Origin: Chrysemys picta bellii
Lineage: Eukaryota
Assembly (NCBI RefSeq): GCF_011386835.1
Contig: NC_088802.1
Location: forward strand, 1,488,001-1,552,000
Reading direction: 5' to 3'
Length of the DNA stretch: 64,000 bases
The notes beneath the pieces were generated by a model. The model saw nothing but the letters and a program-made list of their open reading frames with translations. It had not been told where the DNA came from and ran no database searches. This document shows positions 48,529-64,000 of this stretch, piece after piece. The position numbers and the translations under genes were made by a program. Every line of letters starts with the position of its first letter. The first letter of the stretch is position 1.

Positions 48529-49028
48529 NNNNNNNNNNNNNNNNNNNNNNNNNNNNNNNNNNNNNNNNNNNNNNNNNNNNNNNNNNNNNNNNNNNNNNNN
48601 NNNNNNNNNNNNNNNNNNNNNNNNNNNNNNNNNNNNNNNNNNNNNNNNNNNNNNNNNNNNNNNNNNNNNNNNNNNNNNNNNNNNNNNNNNNNNNNNNNNN
48701 NNNNNNNNNNNNNNNNNNNNNNNNNNNNNNNNNNNNNNNNNNNNNNNNNNNNNNNNNNNNNNNNNNNNNNNNNNNNNNNNNNNNNNNNNNNNNNNNNNNN
48801 NNNNNNNNNNNNNNNNNNNNNNNNNNNNNNNNNNNNNNNNNNNNNNNNNNNNNNNNNNNNNNNNNNNNNNNNNNNNNNNNNNNNNNNNNNNNNNNNNNNN
48901 NNNNNNNNNNNNNNNNNNNNNNNNNNNNNNNNNNNNNNNNNNNNNNNNNNNNNNNNNNNNNNNNNNNNNNNNNNNNNNNNNNNNNNNNNNNNNNNNNNNN
49001 NNNNNNNNNNNNNNNNNNNNNNNNNNNN
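48529..49028. other. Assembly gap (500 N)
   Basis: Run of exactly 500 N. Confidence 1.
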
Positions 49029-49968
49029 TATGAGTCGACAGTGTGACGTGGCGGTGAAAAAAGCCAATGCTGTCTTGGGATGCATTAGGCGAGGTATATC
49101 TAGTAGGGATAAGGAGGTCCTGCTTCCGTTGTACAAGGCGCTGGTGAGACCTCATTTGGAGTACTGTGTGCAGTTCTGGTCTCCCATGTTTAAAAAAGAT
49201 GAACTCAAACTGGAACGGGTGCAGAGAAGGGCCACTAGGATGATCAGAGGAATGGAAAACCTGTCGTATGAAAGGAGACTAGAGGAGCTTGGGTTGTTTA
49301 GTCTGACCAAGCGAAGGCTGAGGGGGGATATGATTGCTATCTTTAAATATATTAGAGGGATTAATACAAGGGAGGGAGATGAATTATTCCAGCTTAGTAC
49401 TAACGTGGATACGAGAACGAATGGATATAAACTGGCCGTGGGGAAGTTCAGGCTTGAAATTAGACGAAGGTTTCTGACCGTTAGAGGGGTGAAATATTGG
49501 AACGGCCTTCCGAGGGAAACGGTGGGGGCGAGGGACTTGTCTGGCTTTAAGATTAAGTTAGATAAGTTTATGGAGGGAATGGTTTAATGGTAAAACATAG
49601 TTGTCAAGGAAAACCAAGCAATGGTAGGTAAATAGCATAATGGCTAAAAGGGGTCAGGATGGAGACTCTTGCCTATATGCTCGGGGTCTTACTGATCGCC
49701 ATATTTGGGGTCGGGAAGGAATTTTCCTCCAGGGCAGATTGGCTGAGCCTCTGGAGGTTTTTCGCCTTCCTCCGCAGCATGGGGCAGGGATCTCTAGCAG
49801 GAGGGTCTCTGCCGATTGAGGTCACTAATAACAGGATTGGGGACTTCAGCAGCAGAGTCCAGGGAAGGGGCGGGGATGGTTTTATGGCCTGCAGCGTGCA
49901 GGGGGTCAGACCAGATGATCATAATGGTCCCTTCTGACCTTAAAGTCTATGAGTCTATGAGTCTATGA
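49029..49968 (+). mobile_element. Young CR1 LINE 3' end (ORF2 C-terminus, 3' UTR, (GTCTATGA)3 tail)
   Basis: Uninterrupted 185-aa frame (LYKALVRPHLEYCVQFWSP...ERVQRRATRMIRG...RRLRGD), CpG-rich, with the tail at 49945-49968. Confidence 0.95.
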
Positions 49969-50166
49969 GAACTCCTGGGTTCTCTCCCTGGCTCTGGGAG
50001 GGGAGTGGGATCTAGTGGTTAGAGCAGGGGGGCTGGGAGCCAGGACTCCTGGGTTCTCTCCCCGGCTCTGGGAGGGGAGTGGGGATGGGTGGGTCAGAGC
50101 AGGGGGGCTGGGAGCCTGAACGCCTGGGTCCTGTCCCTAGTAAGGGATGGGGGGTGTCCTACTCAC

Positions 50167-53100
50167 CCGTCCAGCCGGGGGGGCAGAGGCAGGAGTACGT
50201 CCCCACCCCGTCCTGGCAAGCCCCCCCGTTCCGGCAGTGGTGCTCCACGCAGTCGTCGGGGTTCACCTCACACAGCTGCCCCGTGTACCCTGGGGGGGGA
50301 CAGAGAGAGACGCCCCCGGGGGGGGGGGGTAATTCAGCCGCAGTCGCTCCCCTCCACAGCGGGCAGCCATGTTGGGAGCCACGGTTCCAGGGCGGAGGGG
50401 GCTGGGGAGGTTGGCTATCCTGGAGACTGGCCTCCGGTGGTGCCTGCTGACCCCCCCACACCGAGTCCCCCCCATTCCCAGTCACCCCCAGGAACGGGTC
50501 TGGTTCTAATTAGCCCCGTCCCATAACGGCCCCGTTGAACATAACAGCTGGTGGGAGGAACCAAGAACATGGCGGCCATATTGGATTGGTCTGTCTAGGG
50601 GAAGGGGCCTCTGGGCCGTTCTGAGTGTGATCTCTTCTCTCACTGACAGGGCCAGGCCAGAGAGAGTCAGTTCCCGCCAACACCCACCTGCCCCAGGGCC
50701 CAACTTCAGAGACTCGTTAGGAAGGTCTGGGAAGGAGCAGAGCTGGGAAACGCAGCCGCATCGTTAGGGAGACGGGAGCTGTGTGCTCAGGGCTTGGGGG
50801 GTCAGCAAAGACTTGTCTATTGCTAGGGCTTCGATTCAAAGACCAAACCAGGGATATTAACATTTAGGGAGACACTGGCGGGAAATAGTGTCATTGTCTC
50901 TAGGTCTCTTTGAAGGTTGTGGTGACCTGGATCTGAACTGTTTCATGGATAAATGACCCTGTGCTAATTGCCAGGATGTTTAAAAGAAGCAGAGTTAAGT
51001 CTATTGTTTTCTCAGGCCAAGCAGCTGCTGGAAATGTGTAAGAACCCTGGGACATGATCCTGCTTCATCTCAGATCTGCTTTGGGTTTCAAGAGGGGGAA
51101 ACCTTAAGCCACAAGGATTGAGATCCCCAGTCACTGACTGGAGCCACCCTGAATATGGACATGGGACTATAACCTCTGGACTATTTCTAAAAGGACTTTT
51201 GGCAACTACAAGCTCATCTCTGCTGTGTCTGAACCTCAAGAATTGAATTCAAGTCTGTCTGTATATTGATCTTTTAACCAACACTCTCTCCCTTTTCTTT
51301 TTTAATAAATTTTAGTTTAGTTAATAAGAATTGGCTATAACGTGTATTTTGGGTAAGATCTGAGTTATCATTGGACCTGGGTATGTAGCTGATCCTTTGG
51401 GGTTGGAAGAACCTTTTCTTGTATCTGATGAGATCAGATTCTCAGTAATCACCATCGTATCTGACGTGTGCGTCTGGACGGAGGCCGGACGCTGGGTACT
51501 TTAAGGGAACTGCGTTGTTTGGACGTCTGAGTAACCAGGGAGGTTCTATAGAAGCTGTTTTGGGCTGGTTGGTAAATCTCAGCCCTGGAGGATCCACCAG
51601 CGTTGGGGGTTTGTCTGCCCCGGTCTGTTTGCAGTTCACCCTGATTGAATGACCTCAGCACCGTCACAGCCTCGATGGGGCGGCCATATTGGATTGGTTC
51701 TGTCTAGTGGAAGGCATCTCAATGTGGCGGCCATATTGGATTGGCCCTGTCCGGGGGATGAGAAATCGATGGGGCGGCCCTACTGGGACAGTCCAGTCTA
51801 CAGGAACGGGCCAGGGCCTGGCAGCCATATTGGGCACCAGCGGACGATACGTCACCTCGGCGGCCATATTGAATGTCGGCCCCACGTGCAGCAAGGCGCC
51901 CCCGGCCCAGCCCCAGCCCCCGCCCCTGCCGCGGCGCAGCCCCCACCTGGCGGGCACAGGCAGCCGTGGAAGCCGCCGGGCAGGGGCCGGCAGGTCCCGC
52001 CGTGCAGACACAGCCCGGCGGAGCAGGGCCCGGCGCGGTGCTGGCACTGGGGGCCAGAGAAGCCGGGGGGGCAGAGGCAGCGGAAGGAGCCCAGGCTGTT
52101 GAGACAGGTGCCCCCGTTGGCGCAGGGCCCGGGGTCCCGGTAGCACTCGTTGACGTCATGCTGGCAGGTGTGGCCGTCGAAGCCGGGCAGGCACTGGCAC
52201 ACGATGTGCGGGTAGGTGAGCAGGCAGGTGCCCCCGTTGGCGCAGGGGTTGGTGGGGCAGAAATCCATCAGCTGGCAGTTCTTCCCTGGACGGGACCCCT
52301 CATCAGAGCCACGGAGAGAACCCAGGAGTCCTGGCTCCCGCCCCCCTCCCAGACCCGGGGAGAGAACCCAGGAGTCCTGGCTCCCAGCCCCCCACCCCCC
52401 TGCTCTAACCACCAGCCCCCACTCCCCTCCCAGAGCTGGGATAGAACCCATGCGTCCGGGCACCTACCTGTCCATCCTTCCATGCACAGGCAGCGGTACT
52501 GGGCGCTGGACAGGCGCTGGCAGGTGCCGCGTTTCTGGCAGGGCGAGGGGAAGCAGGGGTCGCCCACGGCCCCCTGGCACTCGTCCCCGGTGAACCCTGG
52601 GGGGCAGGAGCAGGTGTAGGTGGGGGGCACCGAGGGGTGGAAGAGCCGGGGGAAGCAGGTGCCCCCATTCCGGCAGCGCCCAGGGCGGCACGGGTCCTGG
52701 AACTGGCACGACTCCCCCACAAAGCTGGGGGGGCAGCTGGGGAGAGAGAACCCAGGAGTCCAGTGAGGGGAGAGGGAGTTAAGCCCCCCATTTTCCCTCC
52801 CCCCAAAACCCCCCAATCAGCTCCCTCCCCCTGGGTTCCCCTCAACTCACAGGCAGGAGCGGCTCCCATCGGGGTGTGCCAGGCAGGTGCCCCCGTTCGT
52901 GCAGGGATCCCGGGCGCAGGTCAGACCTGGGTGGGGGGTGGACAGACGGACGGCGGGGGTCAGAACACCCTCAGACATGGAGACCCCATCTCCCCAGCCC
53001 TCCACCCCTACCCCAGAGCCCCGGCTGTACCTCGCCCAGGGGTCCTTATCCCGGGATAAGTCCCCGGTACAGACGCCCTTATCCCGGGATAAAGCAGCCA

Positions 53101-56100
53101 ATCCCCCACAGGGACGGCTCCGCGCTGCCCCCCAGCCGGGGGATCTCCCAATGGGGACCGAACCAGCCGGCCCCACTATGGGCACAGAGAACCCAGGAGT
53201 CCTGCCAGGCACGGGGGCAGCTGCCCGGGGGGGGGGTCGAGCATTTCTGTTAATTGGTTTCCAGTTCTGGATGGGATGACATGATGGAATACTGGGTGTG
53301 ACGTAGCCCAGGGGAGCTTGACAATGCGACAGAAAATCCATCGTGTCAGAGGATACAGCGTTCAAACGTGTCGCCTCGGCTGGGTTCGGATTTCATACAC
53401 TGCACCCCCCGGGCCGAGAGCACGGAACGGAGCTGAGTTCACGGGATTATTTTAATATAATAGGACACGGAATACGACAACATGAAAATAACCTTAACGT
53501 TCATAAATCTATTATACGCACGACTGAAATATTAGAGAGCGATTCGAATGTAAATATATTTGATAAGATATTTAATATGAACCATATTTGAAATCTAATT
53601 GTATATGTAAAATATATTACAATATTATAAACAGCAAATAGTATCGTCAATATTTTAATCTTCAACTTAATAGATACTTATAATATGAACACAATAGATC
53701 TTCTATTGAATCTTGATAGCTTGATCTGACTAGATCACATGAAATGTCAAATAGATAATTAATTTTAAGACTAGATTATTATATTGACCATTTTAATATA
53801 TTATACTTATATAATAGCGATTCTATTTCATATTTATTAGAACATATATTAAGTATAATAGTATATATTCTTCAGTTTAGTGTGTGTATATATATATATA
53901 TATAAAAATGAAATATTCAAACAATAGTTCTCATATTAGCATATGCCATTCCGTATAAGAATGGCAGTAATGAATGAGCAGTCTCTGTAACACCACCCCC
54001 TAGCGTACCCCTGGGGTTCTGTTTACTAGGGCACCATTCACTAGCGTTGCACCGAATAGCTAGTCCAGCGCAATGTGACACTGGCTCGTTCACGTGGCCG
54101 CTAGCAGTGGTGGTCACTAGGCCGTGTAAACGGAAGCGGAGTGACGCCCCCTGAGCACGCGGACACGACGCGATTTTACCTGGGCGAAAGGAGCGGTTGG
54201 AAACAGCCAGACGGGCCTTTCCCGGCCGCCATGACCCTGCCCCCCCATCCCATCCCCAGCATCTGCATTTCGAGGTCTCTGCGTTTCTGTCCCAAAGCCG
54301 GGGGACAGGGGAGCTTGAGCCGTCACGGACCTGCAGGCCCATTAGCGCATCGAATCTGACCTGCTTTATGGCCCAGGCCTGAGAACGTCCCCCGCTGCCC
54401 TGCCCCACACAGACACACACGGCCCCCAATACATCGCCAGCTCCTTGGGCACAGGGCTGGCTGCGAGCAGGCGCGGGGGATTTCGCAGCCAGGAACTCGC
54501 CTGGGAAACAGGACTTGGTGCCATTTCTTCTCCTGAAGCCACCCAAGGACTGGCCACTGCTGGGCCTCCTCCACACACACACTGGCGAAAGGCCCCTTTA
54601 TCCTGGGACAAGGGCCCCACCCTCGGGACTGTCCCAGGAGAGCAGAACCGGGAGGCCACGTGAGGACAAGGCCAGTGTTTACCCGCTGGACACAATCCTT
54701 CGCCAGCGAGGTGCCACTCCCCCCCCAGACCGTGGTGCCAGCGTCCGTCACCCACCTGGGACCTCCTCAAAACCCAGAACCCCAGAAACGCCCAACGAGC
54801 TACCTCACAACCCTCCTGCTTTGCCACAGTGCCCGCAGGAGTCTCCTGCCGGTGCCCACTGCTGCCTTATGCCACCCGCCCAGGTGTTCCCAGGATCGCC
54901 CTCGTCTGAGCAGCCGGGAAAGGCACCCAGGTGCTCAGCGCATGGCCAGCGGCCCGGCTACAGGGGCGCAGGATCAGCCCGGACGTCCCGGGTTTCGGGC
55001 CCTCGAGGTGGCAGCTCTCAACATCCAACAGGGCGGGGGGGAGGGCAGGGGTACCATGACCCAGCATTAGACCCGCACTATAACAACTGAAGGAGGGCTG
55101 GCTCCCGCGACCCCCGGACTCACTCACTGGCCAAGTCACTCCTCAGTGCCTCGGTTTCCCCACCTGGACACTGGGGAGAATGAGCCCCACCTGTGTTATA
55201 AGGCGCTTGGAGCTGTACAAAGGAGGTTGGCTTCTTAATCCCTATTGCACAGATGGGGAAACAGAGGCATGGGGCGGGGAAAGGAACTTGGCCAAGGTCA
55301 CCCAGCACAGCAGTGGCAGAGCTGGGGATGGAACCCAGGAGTCCTGGCACACTGGCCACTCCACTCCCCCTTAATTAAACAGCACTAATTACGCCCCCCC
55401 CTCGCTGCCCCTGGCGCCCGTTACCTGGCATTTGTTCTCCCCTCCCTTGCCCGCCTTGGCACCGGCTCCCTCTGCCCATTAATTAACCTCGGTTCCTTCA
55501 TTGCCATTAATTCCCTCTTGCCTCCCCGTGCAATTAAATTCCCACCCGGCAATTCCTTCATTTGCATTCACTAATGGGCAATAATCGCAGGCGGGCGCAC
55601 GGGCATCCCCCGCCCTGTCGCTACTGGGCACCGATTTCCCCCCCCCCGGCTAATGAACGGCGCCAGTTATCCCCCCCTGCAGCCTTTGAATTCTTTATTA
55701 ATCCGCCCCCACTCTTCCCCAAGTCCCCCCGCATCCTGCCCCCCCAGTTCCTGTTGTTTTCCTGTTGTTCCCGATTCTGACTGTCCCGGCGGCATCCGGA
55801 CCTCGGGGAGGGGTTCCGGGGCGGGGGCGCTGAGCGTGGGAATCAGTCGGGGGGGGGGGAACGATCACCCCCACTACACATGCGGTGCCAGCCGGGTGTA
55901 CACACACACACACACACACGGTGCCCACCAGGTACACACAGACACACACACACGGTACCAGCCGGGGACACACACACACANNNNNNNNNNNNNNNNNNNN
56001 NNNNNNNNNNNNNNNNNNNNNNNNNNNNNNNNNNNNNNNNNNNNNNNNNNNNNNNNNNNNNNNNNNNNNNNNNNNNNNNNNNNNNNNNNNNNNNNNNNNN

Positions 56101-56820
56101 NNNNNNNNNNCACACACACATAGTGCCAGCCGGGTACACACAGACACACACACACAGTGCCAGCCGGGTGTACACACACACAGACACACACACGATGCCA
56201 GCCAGGTGTACACACACACACGGTGCCAGGCGGGTGTACACACACAGAGACACACACAGTGCCAGCCAGGTGTACACACACACAGACACACACACGATGC
56301 CAGCCAGGTGTACACACACACACGGTGCCAGCCGGGTGTACACACACAGAGACACACACAGTGCCAGCCAGGTGTACACACACACAGACACACACACGAT
56401 GCCAGCCAGGTGTACACACACACACACAGTGCCAGCCGGGTGTACACACACACAGACACACACACGATGCCAGCCAGGTGTACACACACACACGGTGCCA
56501 GCCGGGTGTACACACACAGACACACACACAGTGCCAGCCGGGTGTACACACACACAGACACACACACAGTGCCAGCCGGGTACACACAGACACAGAACCA
56601 CACACACGGTGCCAGCGGGGTACACACAGACACACACACACGGTGCCAGCCGCGTACACACACACACACACGGTGCCAGCCATGCCCACCCCCAGGCAGC
56701 AGGTGCCCAGATAAGTCAGGGGGCTCCCGGGGGGGCCTCCCACTCCCCAGCCTGCTCCCCCCCGGGTTCCCCCCCCGTACCTCGGGCCAGCGGCAGCAGC
56801 AGCAGCAGCAGCGGCCCCAT
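50167..56820 (-). CDS. NOTCH4: NOTCH4 copy 2, exons 1-5 only in this contig
   Basis: Exons 56820-56781, 52926-52851, 52736-52468, 52285-51947 and 50289-50167 have the same lengths and phases as copy 1. Intron 5 is interrupted by the CR1 and the gap. Confidence 0.88.
50689..51668 (+). mobile_element. Solo LTR-like element, copy 2
   Basis: Same position as 8501-9470 but with many more substitutions than the flanks. Confidence 0.6.
55884..56681. repeat. Compound (CA)n minisatellite, copy 2 (contains a 130-N gap at 55981-56110)
   Basis: Same unit as 14080-14746. Confidence 0.9.
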
Positions 56821-57811
56821 CGCTGAGCACGGAGCCCCCCAGCCCCGAGCCCGGCCCCCGCCCGGCCATTGTCCAGAGCTTCCTGACCCACAATGCAGGG
56901 AGGGACCCGGACCCGCCCCCTTCCTGCCCCCCAGCCCGGGAGCACCCTGCCCCCGCACGGACCCCTCCGCAGAGCGACCGGCGGGGCCAGAGCCGGCCGG
57001 GCTGCCCCCGTGCCCCAGGGCGGCGCTAGGGGTGGGGTCACCTGCCCAGACTGGGGCACTGCTGGGTTTGGGGGTCACCCCCCACAGGACATGAGCCAGG
57101 CGGTTCAGACACCTCTCGCTTTTATTTATAGATGTAAAAAAGCCCCCGGGGCAGGATCCGGCTGGGGGGATCCACAAAAGGGGGGGCCCTGTGGAGGGGA
57201 GCCCCCCCGGTCCCTCATCATGCCCCCCCAGTCTATAAATATCCACAGGGGAAGATAGTGCAGTACGGGGGTGGGGGGCAGGATCACCCCACGGGAATGG
57301 GGGCCAGGTCCTAGCACGGGGAGGGGTCACCCCAAGGAAGGGGGGGTCCAAGCGCTGTCCCCCAGCCCGCCTAGGCTGGGGGCGGGGCTAAGTGCTGCCT
57401 CATGTGGGAGGGGTGGTCACTAAGGGGCAGGGCCAGCCCTCACCCATGGGGAAGGGGCAGTGACTGAAGGGGCGGGGCTAGGCTCATCGGGGAGGAGGGG
57501 CTCTCTGAAAGGGGCGGGGTTAGTGCTGCTCAGGTGGGAGGAGCTATCCACAATGGGGCAGGATGAGCCTCAACATAAGCGGGGCTGTACCAATAGGGGC
57601 GGGGCTAGCCACATAGGGGCAGGGCTAGCCACATAGGGGCGGGGCCATTGCCAAAATGGCATATCAGGGGGCAAGGCGAGGCCCAGGTGGGCATGTCTGT
57701 CACCAAGGGGCATGTCTAGCCCCGGGCGGGCGTGGCTCTTGCCAAGGGGCGTGGCCAGCCCCGAGTGGGCGTGGCTATCTTGAGTGGGCGTGGCTTTGCC
57801 GAGGGGCGTAG

Positions 57812-63804
<5,993 letters not shown>

Positions 63805-64000
63805 CTGCGCGGGGGATGGAAAGGGGTTAGAAAATAGTCCCTCACAGACATCCCTCCGCCCCCTACGTCCACCCGCCCCAGGGCAGCCCCATTGCACATG
63901 GATATCCCTCCGCCCCCTACGTCCACCCACCCCAGGGCAGCCCCATTGCACACAAATATCCCTCCGCCCCCTACGTCCACCCACCCCAGGGCAGCCCCAT

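Noticed and set aside
48349-49155. ORFs spanning the N run
   Set aside because: Artefacts of translating through the assembly gap.

Overview
Very GC-rich, minisatellite-dense vertebrate DNA. It is most likely a turtle (inferred from the CR1 with a (GTCTATGA)n tail and the repeat families) and corresponds to the MHC class III region. Gene order on contig 1 (1-48528): NOTCH4 (minus, exons 1-20, running off the left edge in the TM/RAM exon), ATF6B (minus, 16 exons), a candidate unannotated 3-exon transcript (minus), FKBPL (plus), PRRT1 (minus, 4 exons) and the 3' end of a carnitine acetyltransferase (CRAT)-like gene (minus). The penultimate exon end plus splice donor of the CRAT-like gene has been amplified about 37 times in a 3.9 kb array. 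After a 500-N gap come a young CR1 3' end and a second, slightly diverged copy of positions about 7785-22260 (NOTCH4 exons 1-5, ATF6B exons 4-16). This copy is either a tandem duplication or an uncollapsed haplotype. Exon boundaries were derived by hand from GT/AG sites and phase continuity. Gene identities rest on recalled human protein motifs, not on database searches. Nearly all long ORFs in the supplied track are artefacts of GC-rich repeats. Main leads: exon birth inside the CRAT-like array; repeat arrays built from ZNF143-, CTCF- and YY1-type motifs; a DR1 cluster; a fold-back ATF6B intron; a 24-EGF NOTCH4; and a GC-shifted CR1 split by a Vingi-like LINE.
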